Source: Lophium mytilinum (Eukaryota). From it: a stretch of 64,000 nucleotides of DNA. Both the position numbers and the translations under genes were made by a program. This document shows positions 49,763 through 60,339 of the stretch, piece by piece; position 1 is the stretch's first letter; the number at the start of each line of letters is the position of its first letter. The stretch spans positions 806,001 to 870,000 of the forward strand of contig MU004187.1 of NCBI GenBank assembly GCA_010093605.1. Reading direction: 5' to 3'. The notes under the pieces were generated by a model. The model ran no database searches and was not told the DNA's origin. It was given only the letters and a program-made list of their open reading frames with translations.

Positions 49763-51187
49763 ATGTCTTCAGGAAATGGTCCAGACCATCCAGATCGTGC
49801 CGACTCTCCCTCTCTTGAGGAACTTCTTGCTCCAGTGACGGCATATGTTCAACAGAACAGGCATAGCGGCCCGCCTCCACCGACGACAGGGCCAATAGTG
49901 CCACAGAACACAGTGGCAAGCAACGCTCAGCCGGACCGCTCCTACCAGGCCTACCACGCTGGTGACCAGATCGAAGATGCAGCACACGGCTTTGGGGCAA
50001 GCTCCCGCGTGGTTGAGGGACCTCAAGACGTTGGAACCCACACCAACCCTATCAACGTTGACGACGATGACGATCTGTACGCCGATCCTCCGCCTATCGT
50101 CCATCCTTCTGGCACGCCTGGTAACGCCCTTGGGCCAATCCTGGCGGCGTCAAACACGCAGCAAAACACTGCTCCTATCCCTCATATTCCCCAACCACAG
50201 CCAGCCTTGGGCCAAAACACTGCCACTGCCGGCCCTCCACAGCCGCTGCGTCTCTTGAGCGGGCAGGTTATCACACCGACTGGATGGACTCCTCCACCTC
50301 CCGTGGCTCGTCCAGTCCCACAACCCCTCCAACTGCTCTCAGGTGCAGTAATAGCGCCCACCACACTGCCACCCCCTGCTCCCCGCCCAGGACGTGGTGG
50401 ACGTTCGACTGGGTCGCGAGCAGTCGCTAGTTCATCATCTGCGGGCCAAGCCACCTTTCCTCCCCCAGCCGCACCTCATGGACAAGGGGCTCAGACTCAG
50501 ACAGCAGCGTCCGGGCCCCTCCCCCCTATTGGTCTCAATTCAGCCGCTCCAGCAGCACAGACTGCCACTCTCGTCACCCAAGCTACGCCCGCACAACACG
50601 CTGCGTCTCATGCTGGGACGTTGCGTGGCCCCACAAACTTCGACAACTCCGCCACGGACCCTGTCTTACTCCAGTCGCTGGTTCCGGCTATAGACGCTCA
50701 AGCTACTACTAGCACAAATGAAGTCGCCCGAGAACCTCCTACTACTCGTGAGGATTCACCAAGCACCGCTGAAGATGTCGAAGTGCCAGAGGCCTTTGAG
50801 CAGCGCTTTGGTGACGACGGCGGCGTGGGTGTAACGGATACTCTCGTGGCAAACATAGAGGGGTATGAGAGCCCAGAGACCCTCACCGTCGCCGAAGAGC
50901 CGCACCAGGAGGCCCCTACCCCTGTCCCGGGACGTCACCCTCCCCAGTCGGTTAGAGGAGCGACAGTGCAGCCCTCAGTGTCCGGACCTGCCACCGCCCC
51001 TGCGCACGTCGCGGGAGATGACATGTTTAGTGCTGCAAACCTAGCCGCCTTTGACGCTCGGTTCGACAACGAGCCGGAGGACGAAGAGGAGGCTAAGCAG
51101 AAGGAAGAAAAGGATGATGAGGACGATGAGGGCGATGAGGATGAGGACGATGACGAGGAGCTGGAAGACTTCAATTCCAGAGAATAA
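49763..51187 (+). CDS. Intronless P/A/T-rich hypothetical protein with acidic C-terminus
   Basis: ~474-codon ATG ORF with internal repeat PQPL(R/Q)LLSG(Q/A)VI(T/A)PT x2; no family domain seen. Confidence 0.72.
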   Translation: MSSGNGPDHPDRADSPSLEELLAPVTAYVQQNRHSGPPPPTTGPIVPQNTVASNAQPDRSYQAYHAGDQIEDAAHGFGASSRVVEGPQDVGTHTNPINVDDDDDLYADPPPIVHPSGTPGNALGPILAASNTQQNTAPIPHIPQPQPALGQNTATAGPPQPLRLLSGQVITPTGWTPPPPVARPVPQPLQLLSGAVIAPTTLPPPAPRPGRGGRSTGSRAVASSSSAGQATFPPPAAPHGQGAQTQTAASGPLPPIGLNSAAPAAQTATLVTQATPAQHAASHAGTLRGPTNFDNSATDPVLLQSLVPAIDAQATTSTNEVAREPPTTREDSPSTAEDVEVPEAFEQRFGDDGGVGVTDTLVANIEGYESPETLTVAEEPHQEAPTPVPGRHPPQSVRGATVQPSVSGPATAPAHVAGDDMFSAANLAAFDARFDNEPEDEEEAKQKEEKDDEDDEGDEDEDDDEELEDFNSRE

Positions 51188-52003
51188 GTGGGTGGAGTTG
51201 ACGGCAAAGAAAGTAGGTTCGGGGTCTCCAGGTGATTGTTAAAAGGTGCAGAGTCGATAAAAAGCGGGACCCGAGATAGACCTAGATGCTTGGTGTAAAG
51301 TTGATAGTCAGATACTACTATGACTACAATTACTCTCCTGAAACCCACTCTAATTCGCACGACTTACTCAGGTGGTTTGCCATGCTCATGCCGGCGTCAC
51401 CGGGCCTCCACAGTGTTGAATAAATGGTAATGGGATGTCGTGGCCAAGACACATTATATTATATGTGCCATAAGTACTCGACTTGTACGAGGGCATAGAT
51501 GCATCAGGGAGTCTTCACAACACTATATTGATTCAGAAAAGACGTATTACTCGCTAGTCCACATATCAGACTTCCTCCAATTCTGCCCTTATGCACTGCA
51601 AGAACGGCTTTCCAACCTCTACTACCTGTGATTTGAAGCACTGGTTGAAGCATTTCTGCCCACTCATGCCGCTGGCAGAGGTGCTCTGCATCATCCTAAA
51701 AGTCGCCGCCGGTTCTAGTCTTTGAGCCTCTGCCGATCTAGTCTGCCTACGTGAAGATAGTGAATTGTCCGTACTTTCAGGAAGGCTGCCTACCCCTACA
51801 TCATGGAGCCTTGTACCTCACAGTTTCACGGTGGCGTTGACATGATGGGTAATGTCAATTCACCAGTCCATGGGTCTATATATTATGGGCCTGAACTCCG
51901 GAACCTGCCACGTCATCAAAACGTTCGCGTCATCAACCAACCACACACCACCAACATCACAGCCTTCCCAATTGCATTGTCCAATTAGAGCCAGTCAGAA
52001 AAT

Positions 52004-52822
52004 ATGCTGCCGTTGTTTCCTCCCTGGTCACCGTACTCGTTGGCTTTCCTTGAAGAAGACAGACCATGGACGCCTGAAGGTAACGCTTCTTCAATTTACA
52101 GCATCCTTTCGATCAACATTGTTAACATCCCCCTAGAAAACAAAGCTTATGAAGATCTCCTGGCTTGCGTACCGGAGGCCTTCTTCCGCGAAAATGGTGC
52201 GGACGAATCTCAAGCCTTGCCTGTTCAATCGGCATACCCTACTGACTTCGAGGAAGTCTATCACTACTTCGACTCATTCGGAGGAACGAACAGCCGGGTT
52301 ATGCCTGTACAAAAGCCAACGCAACCCACCCAGCCTGTCGCCAGCAATCATTCCTCCTTCGCGGGTCTCCCATCCATCGATGGGGTCTCCATCAACAGGG
52401 AGTGGAGCCCCGCGAAGGCGTTCCTCGACCAGCATACTAACAGAGCATCCTTGCCTGTTGCAGTTGACAACCAGTCATCTGGTCCTCTGTCGTCTTACGG
52501 CTATTCAACGCCTTACTCATATCCGACCCCGGTCGTCGGAAACAATCTGGAGCCTCAGAAACTCCACTTACGGGATGGTGAAAGCCCGAGTGCTGCTCAA
52601 GGCATCATGCCTTCTAATCCATTCTGCACACCATCCCCGATCACCGATAAGCCAATCCCATATGAGCGCATGTTTGTCCCGCAGCTGCGAGCTTTGCTTG
52701 AGGCGCGAAACATCCACTATACCAAGAAGACGGTCAAATTGGGTCTCATCGAAAAACTGCGCAACGCTGATCGGATCAAGGAAATGGAAGGACAAGCTGA
52801 AGTTACCATCTGCGGGCTTTGA
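52004..52822 (+). CDS. Hypothetical protein with C-terminal SAP/HeH-like motif
   Basis: 272-aa ORF; YERMFVPQLRALLEARNIHYTKKTVKLGLIEKLRNAD fits the helix-extension-helix pattern. Confidence 0.65.
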   Translation: MLPLFPPWSPYSLAFLEEDRPWTPEGNASSIYSILSINIVNIPLENKAYEDLLACVPEAFFRENGADESQALPVQSAYPTDFEEVYHYFDSFGGTNSRVMPVQKPTQPTQPVASNHSSFAGLPSIDGVSINREWSPAKAFLDQHTNRASLPVAVDNQSSGPLSSYGYSTPYSYPTPVVGNNLEPQKLHLRDGESPSAAQGIMPSNPFCTPSPITDKPIPYERMFVPQLRALLEARNIHYTKKTVKLGLIEKLRNADRIKEMEGQAEVTICGL

Positions 52823-52918
52823 GCGATATGAGAGAAGCGACAGTGTGTAGCGTCTAGGGCCTGCTAGATATTTTGGGCTGTTCGCGCCAGATGGGGAATT
52901 TCTTTGGCAAGCTTAGTA

Positions 52919-53145
52919 CAGTGACAGGCCATAAGTCTGGGCACACTGGTTCGCCACCGCTTGGGGTACCCCTAAAAGACTTCCAAGATCCAGCGGCCAT
53001 TTCGAGGTTCATACACTACAGATTAGACTATCTCTTGACTATCTAGCTGTCCAGCAACCAGGCTATCCCCAACAGTGGTGTAGAGTGAGCAAGTTAGAGC
53101 TAAATAGAGGTGAGTTTATGTGCCCAGACTTATGGCCTAGTACTG
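52919..53145. mobile_element. MITE, Tc1/mariner-type (227 bp)
   Basis: 27-bp TIRs CAGTGACAGGCCATAAGTCTGGGCACA / CAGTACTAGGCCATAAGTCTGGGCACA (24/27); TA on both flanks (52917-52918, 53146-53147); second copy at ~15059. Confidence 0.9.
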
Positions 53146-53973
53146 TAGATAGTCTTTGATTTTCTCTGGCAATTATTCGCTGGCAGGGGATGGTCTAGGC
53201 ACACAATTCTACATAGACTCTGATCAATACAAACAAAGATATCTTTGATGATGATCTAATCTACATAACGTACAAGATATCTCTGTTGTCCAACGCGTTA
53301 CGCGCACCATCGGCCGTGACCTTGGATACTATATATCTGCCCTGCTATGGTTTGCGTGCGAATGCCGTTATACCCTAGAGGTACCTGTAACTTATGGAGC
53401 TATTGGAATGGTGTTACACATAGTACGCATTGTGTAGTGATAACAAGATGCCCATTCCTCGCTTATTCTATTCACCGGCAAAGAAAGGATTCACCCTGCC
53501 CACTACGCGGCTCGAACTCTAAAAAAAGAATTGAAGCTTCCTTTGATAAAGTGTGTCATCCTTAGTGCAGGGGCCAAAAAAAATGCTAATCTTCTCTGTG
53601 TTGTTTCAATTTGACCAAATGCCCGAAGGCGAAGTGAGTTGAACTTGCACTGAATATATAGGCTCTGTTGGCTGGATCCCTTTAACATGTGATTAACCAC
53701 CAGCCATCCGTTCACACGTGACATTGTTTACAGTCTATGGGGGACTTCAATACCACACCACAAAGAGGCCTGTCTCTAGGCGTGGTTTGACAGAGGCAAA
53801 GGCTTCAGGTAAACAAATTGACCGTGAATAATGTCTATCGTCGTGCCAGCACATTATGTCAGGCTTCATCAAGTATAAAGCTTGGCCCAACACTGCTGCA
53901 TTTTGATAAGCCACTTCGATTGCACCGCCCACCCACCCGTCAGATCCATCAATATCCCACGCGTGCACCAAAC

Positions 53974-55464
53974 ATGGATCCCAACAAGCTACCTAACACT
54001 GGCCTCAATCCGACTATGACACCTGAAGACCAGCGTCGGTTTGCGGCTCAGTCGAATTCCTCCCACCACTTGTATGGTCAGACCACTCAGAACTCCATCA
54101 CTTCTTCGTCGTCATATGGTTATACGAATACCCAGAATATGGCCACCTTCAACTCTCAGTACCAGCCTAGCCCAGCGCACGGCAGTGGAACCCCAGTGGC
54201 ACCAACGAGCATGACAGCTCTCAATCAGTATGGCTCTACTTCCAAGACCCCATCCAGACAGATGCTGAATTCATACAGACTTTCATCTGCACAGGCGCAG
54301 CACGGTTCTGAGCGTTTTCCACCGGCAAGTGGCCAAGCACAATCGACCCAGCCTTCACTCCAACCGCCAGGCCAATCAACTCCGTTCGAGATCCCACGAA
54401 GCGGAACATACATTCGTCCGCGGCAGAGTCGTTCACCAGGAGGCTTCTCGAGCTACGCCGCTGCGCACCGCCTTCTAGACCGACCGATATGGAGACCAAG
54501 CGTCCCAGATTTGACTCTTCCGCCAGGCGACGTGAATCTATGGGGCACAAAACAAGTCATCGTAGATGCTCTGGTCAACACGGAAGGCTGCATGGATGCC
54601 GACACAGAGGCATGCGAGATGTGGAGGCAGTTCTCCTACCCTCCGGCAGATATTGACGCGATTGCTTGGTCAATTCTCAACACGCTGTTCCATCTCCACA
54701 GGATCGGCTCGCGTGTTTGGAACTACAAAACAGTCACTGAGATCGAGCCAACGAGCCATAAGGATCAGGCCTTCTGGGACAGTCTCCGGATCGTCGAAGC
54801 AGACACGCACTTGAACTTCCGGGACCGCTACAACGCGTTGATCCACTTGCTCACTCTTTCGAAGGCGACGTGTGTCGGGGCGATGTATCGGCAGAACATT
54901 GACCAGATCGTGGAGGCACCGTTGAGGAGCTTCAACCAAGTGCTGCAGGATGTGCAAAGCCGTCGGTTACGCATGGGTCAACCTACCGTCCCCATCTTTC
55001 CTTTTCCCATCTTGCCCACTTCCCCCGCTGCTCGGACTGCTCCTAGCCTACCCGCCGTGCCTCCCATTCCCGATGTTCCCATATATCTCACCGGTCTTGG
55101 TGCCCCTGAGAAGCGAAAGCGCGCCTTTGCGGAGGAGATCAACCAGCCTACGATCAAGCGTCCTAGACACGATGCTCCGCGTCGGGAAGATACATCAAAA
55201 CCCAACGCTGGGTACGTCACACCGCATCCGAAGAAGGTACAGCACCAATCATCTTCCAAAGAAGGGTCTGAGGGTGAAGAGATCGAGGATGAAGCGGTTG
55301 AAACACCCAAGACACGACGTAGTCTGCGCCACAGCACCGGAAATCCGAAATCCTATGCACTAGTTGCAGAAGATGACGATGTTCGTATTGAAAAGGGGGA
55401 CGCATCGTCAGCGGAGGAATTCGAGGACGATGACGATGAGGAGACCGACGAGTACGAAGAGTAG
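53974..55464 (+). CDS. Cluster-family paralogue 12 (intronless)
   Basis: First ATG 53974. Domain PIWRP..DLTLP, IVDALVNTEGCMD, YPPADIDAIAWSIL, LHRIG, LNFRDRY, SKATCVGAM, EAP. KRKR/KRPR patches and acidic tail. Confidence 0.88.
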   Translation: MDPNKLPNTGLNPTMTPEDQRRFAAQSNSSHHLYGQTTQNSITSSSSYGYTNTQNMATFNSQYQPSPAHGSGTPVAPTSMTALNQYGSTSKTPSRQMLNSYRLSSAQAQHGSERFPPASGQAQSTQPSLQPPGQSTPFEIPRSGTYIRPRQSRSPGGFSSYAAAHRLLDRPIWRPSVPDLTLPPGDVNLWGTKQVIVDALVNTEGCMDADTEACEMWRQFSYPPADIDAIAWSILNTLFHLHRIGSRVWNYKTVTEIEPTSHKDQAFWDSLRIVEADTHLNFRDRYNALIHLLTLSKATCVGAMYRQNIDQIVEAPLRSFNQVLQDVQSRRLRMGQPTVPIFPFPILPTSPAARTAPSLPAVPPIPDVPIYLTGLGAPEKRKRAFAEEINQPTIKRPRHDAPRREDTSKPNAGYVTPHPKKVQHQSSSKEGSEGEEIEDEAVETPKTRRSLRHSTGNPKSYALVAEDDDVRIEKGDASSAEEFEDDDDEETDEYEE

Positions 55465-55774
55465 ACGGAGCTTTATGGCTATAGGTCTCGGCTACTTGTA
55501 GATTCAGCTGCTTGTTCTCAAACTACTTGTTCTCAAACTACTCCCTAACGTTATATCGGCGTAGTAACTAGATGTCTAGATTACCTGCCTCCCCCAGAAA
55601 CTTTTGACTCTAGAATGATAAACTGAATTCACTGTCCACACATTCCACACTGCACTTAAAACACTTGTCACTTGGCTATTGTCAAATTGTGATGAAGCAT
55701 CCTAGGGCCTTTGACCCCATCCATGACCGAACTCATCCGTAACTGACCTCATTTCAAGGCCATCGCCCAAAGGT

Positions 55775-56912
55775 CTATCCGTGACCCTCAACCCCACCAC
55801 CGCCTGAACATCGAGTGCGGAGCCGGGCCACTGTTCCTCTGAACCCTCGCCCCAACCGCCGGAATAATAGGCAACGCACTAGTACAATCAATCAGATCCG
55901 GATTGCTCGACCCTCCCTCCACACCCAGCAACTGTAGCTTCTCCCATCTACTTCACGTCAGCATTCTCCCTACCATCAATATCTCAAATCTCTGGTCTCC
56001 ACAGTATCTACTTACGCCGGCGTAAACGCAACAGTCCACCCCACCTGATCCACCGTAAACAGATCAAAGAACGGCGCCATGCCCGCGTCCTCGCTAATCC
56101 TCTTATCCGAATCCAGCTGGAACTCCGCCGTATCTGTCACCACCTGGCCGTAGTATGTGACGTCCCATTGGCCGGGGGTGGCATCGAAGCTCGCGCCGGC
56201 GCGAGCCGGGTCGACGAAGAACTGCTTGGCGGTGCTGTGTGCGCCGAGCAGCGCGACGAGGTCGAGCGCGGAGAAGCCTTTGGCGGTGAATTTGGCGAGG
56301 ATGGCTTCGGCGGACTCGGTGTGGTCGGGGAGGGCGCCTTCTGGGGCGGCGGTGGTGGAGTCGGTGCGGCCGATAAAGGTTTGGGTTATGGGGCCGAGGG
56401 GGCAGGTTACGATTGCGTGGGCTGGGTGGGAGTCAGTGGTTTGGGTCGAGAAAAAGGGTGGAGGGGAGTGAGAATATGGGAGTGGGAAGGCGGAAGGAAG
56501 GCTTACAAGCTGCGAAAGATATCATGTCCGCGGTGCCGACTCCGTATTTCGAAGCGAGAGCGGCAAGCTTCTGGCTGATGTCGGCGAGGCCGTTGTTTTC
56601 GGTTCTTGAGTACTCGTTTGCGAGTATCAGAGACCCGTCGCAACCTCCGTCGCCGGGAAAGCAGTCGTGGAATCCGGCTCGGATTGCTGCGAGAGCGTCA
56701 TCGGTGCAAGAGAGAGCGAGCGTGCCGGCGAACATAGTGCTGAGCTCTGAAGATATGTTCTTCCATACTGCCGGGCAAGCGGTCTGTCGGGTGAAGATGG
56801 AGGAGATGCTGCGCTTTGCAGACGTGACAAGACGGTTTGGATCAGTAGGAAATGAAAAGGCTGCGATGACGGAGGTGAACGAAATGATGCGGATGATGTA
56901 GGAGATATACAT
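55775..56912 (-). CDS. Secreted class II fungal heme peroxidase (AA2-like, probably generic)
   Basis: Signal-peptide-like N-terminus; IRAGFHDC (distal Arg/His), GGCDGS, GAHS (proximal His), FDATPGQWD, LDSD. Introns 56506-56422 and 56015-55948. Confidence 0.92.
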
Positions 56913-58497
56913 TTTTATCAAATACCCGGGAAGCTGATGAAGGTATCTGCTTTGAATTTTGGACTGACTTAAGAACACAAAACGCTGCCTTGAAGAGGAA
57001 CAGTTGTCAAGAAGAGAATATCCCGCTTTATATCTTGGAATCCCTCTCCCATCGCCACCAGAACCTGCATCCGAAGGCCAAATCCGGGGCCGGCGATAAG
57101 ACAAAGATGCATTTTGCGTAATGCATAGATTCTAATTGCATTGCATTGTCATCTTATGATCTTACTGGTTCACAAGATGGTGTCCTGCCGCTAGATGCGG
57201 TGTTGAGTAGCAGTACCCGGCAGTCTGCCATGCAGAGTTATCCCAAGCGGAATCTTTCAATAACTTAGCAGAGTTGCTGTCTAGGAACGTGCAGGAATGC
57301 CACGACAAGAAGTTGGTGTTGGCATGGGAAAGTTGGAGGAGATTCAATGACATTTGAGGATATTGAAGGCGGCTCTCGAAGGGGCGAGGATCGGCAGCGA
57401 AAAGATCAGGCTGTTCGTATATATTAACCGGATATCACCTTTCGGAATACGAACCATATTACATGCATACGAAAGCAGAGACCATGATTTGCTGGGATAT
57501 GACTTTTAAAAGATCAGACCGCTGCACTGGATCTCCCGTGGCAAGATGTGGGGAAACCATGATGGCTGGGAGATGGCCAAGTCCACCGTGATTGATCTCG
57601 CGCTACCGCTGGGATGATAAATGTTGATTGGCTAGTCTAGAACATACCTAAGTGACGCATGTTGACAATGCTTTCGTTATCGAGGGCGAGGCAGACGCTA
57701 CAGTCGAGCGCCGTGGCTCAACATAATAACCGTAACCGATGTGCATATGCAGAAAAATCTCGCAGTCTTAGGCCAATGCGGAAGCACGATGATGGCGTGG
57801 CTTAACTCTAAGGATAAGCTCGCCTAGGTCCCGGTAAGCCATGACTACCATCTATAACAGGTAGTACGATATCCCAATGTGCACTCAAGCAATTTCCTTT
57901 CTCGTTCAGGGAACTGAGCTGCTCACGCTCCAGCCTGAGCTATGGCTGTGCTACGGTGAGCGGATTCTGATTCGAGACTGAAGCCCCAGTTCTGGGCCCT
58001 GCATTCGACAGAGATAAGGATCCTCACCCTGCCCTGGAAAGCCCGTAGACCTGCCAGGTTCCAATTTCCAGGCCTCAAGTCTCGAGTAAACTTGCTCTAC
58101 GATATGTTACCCGCTATTCTATAGACAGAGTGCCAGTCTTCACGAGACAAGAGCACAGTCACCCGTGGTATCGCGACATGGAGACGCAAGGGCTGTGGAA
58201 TACATGGCCAAATTTCAATAATCGAAAGGTACGCGTCACCGCTTTATGCTCATACGACTATGTTTCAGTTCGGCGCAACGAATACGGGCTTGACCTCGAA
58301 GCCTTCCTCACGCAGCCGAGTGGCGGTGGCAGTGCAACTCCTGCCGGATACCTCATTCAGCCTCATTCAGCTCTTGGAAGTGTCCGCACGTTTCACGCTT
58401 CAAATATGCCTTTTTCCAACTTAATCATGTCTCCAAGGGCATTCCACCGTCTCCCTGTAAAATTTGCTAGTATTCCTCGAGAGTCAAAGTCACCGCG

Positions 58498-60339
58498 ATG
58501 GCGTACACTTGGTTAGATCCGACTCAAAACCTCATTCGCCTACTCCACCTCAGCCCAGCCTCGTCAGAAGATGAAACAATCAAATGCCGCTTCTCCATCG
58601 TCCTTCTTGACAACAAGCCGGAATATGAAGCCCTATCCTACGTATGGGGCGACATGAACGACACGGCCCTCGCCGAAGTAGACGGCCACCGCATGACCAT
58701 TACCACAAACCTGCATTCAGCGCTCAAGCAGCTACGCCACAAAGACAAAGATAGGATTTTGTGGGTCGACGCTCTCTGTATCGACCAATCAAAGGATCAG
58801 GAGAAGATGCACCAGGTCTCACGTATGAAGTATATCTACTCGCAAGCCTCACAGGTGGTCGTCTGGCTTGGCACCGGCTGGGATGGTAGCAACATGGCCA
58901 TGGAATTCCTCCGTATCCTCGCGGGAGACGAAACGCTCCATCTTGACCCACAGGTAGACCCCAGCATCAGCGTGAACGGCCTCTACCTGGATTCCTCGAA
59001 GCTATGCGGGCACATAATCCGGTTCTTCAACCTGCCGTGGTGGAAGCGCACGTGGACGGTGCAAGAATTCGTGCTAGCGCAGAAGCTCGTGTTCCAGTGT
59101 GCGCAGAGTATAGTGACCCAAAAAGATATGTATATGGCGCGCGAGAACTTTTGGAGACATAAGGACCGCTGTTGCCAGCAGGACGACCTTGATTATCCAC
59201 ATCCGGACTTTGGGACAAGCGTTAGTACAGCTTTTATACAGCCGGCAAGCTTGGATATCATTACCAAGCAGCGAGGCCCTTCATACAGCGTCCTCGCGGC
59301 GATAGCAAACTTTAGCAACCGCGCAGTTACCGATCCCAAGGACCGGGTGTACGGAATGCTAGGCCTAGGCACGGGGCCATACTCCGACCTCGTGGAGCCG
59401 GATTACTCGTACTCCCCCGAAAAGATCTGCGAATTGCTTGCGATGAACTCGGTTGAGCGAACCGGGAAACTCGAATTCCTCAGCCACCTATTCGAGCGCG
59501 ATAACCCGAAGCTGCCCTCGTTCCTCCCAAACTGGACCGGCAAATTCACCTGGACTGAAACCTACGCCAGCCGCATCTTCCACACCAACTTCTTCTCCGC
59601 CTCTCTCGATCTTCCCGCAGAAGTTGCACTGATCTCCCCCAGCCTCCTCTCCACAAGAGGCGTCATTTTCGACACCATTTCCGCCGTCAGCCCCAGCGTC
59701 CTCCTTGACTTCACCGCAGGCCCAACGCCTTAAGAAGACGCCCTAAAGCTCGCGAATCTCGCCACCTCGGCCGAGGACCCCTACTGCAACACTAGCGACT
59801 CGCGCCTCGTCGCGTTCTGGCACAGCATGTGCGGCGGCATGGAGCTCGTCCTGCGCAACTCGAACCGCTTCGCCGGACCTCTCAAAGGGAAATCGGATTT
59901 GTCGAAATACCATAAATTCGCTGCGTTCTTTACGACACCGCCGCAGCAGTGGAGCCGGCTGTGGGACAACGACATGTCGCATATCATCCTGGACGTCGAG
60001 ACGGCGATTCACGGGAGGCGGTTTTTCGTGACGCAGAAGGGGGATTTCGGGTTTGCGGCAAAGGCCTGTAGGGAGGGCGATTTGGTGGCTGTTTTGGCGG
60101 GGGGTAATGTGCCGTATGTGATACGTCGGGAATCGCGGATCGGGCATTTGGGGATGGTTGTTAAGTCCTTGGTAAGAGGAGTTGGTCTTGTGCAGGTGAT
60201 TCGGGCCTGTGTGAAGCTTTGTTTTAGCAAGTGCTATAGCATTCTGGGAGATTCGTATGTTCATGGTGTCATGTACGGGGAGGCGTTTGAGATCTTGAAC
60301 GGGGCTGAGCGGAAACTTGGGGAGATTGTGCTGGTTTAG
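58498..60339 (+). pseudogene. HET-domain (HET-6-like) protein interrupted by an in-frame TAA
   Basis: IRLLHL, YEALSYVWG, LWVDALCIDQ, QVSRMKYIYSQA, WWKRTWTVQE, DPKDRVYGMLG. After TAA 59731-59733 the same frame gives RRFFVTQKG, GDLVAVLAGGNVPYVIR, LGDSYVHGVMYGE. Confidence 0.9.

Noticed and set aside
15380..53965. ACGCGT (MCB) sites and a single GTCACAAAA (MSE-like, ~11893) as cell-cycle or meiotic regulation
   Set aside because: About 16 copies of a given 6-mer are expected by chance in 64 kb; no enrichment can be shown.
889..55464. TAG stop preference (7 of 12 family genes) as a stop-loss editing signal
   Set aside because: Sample too small, and no conserved read-through extensions seen.
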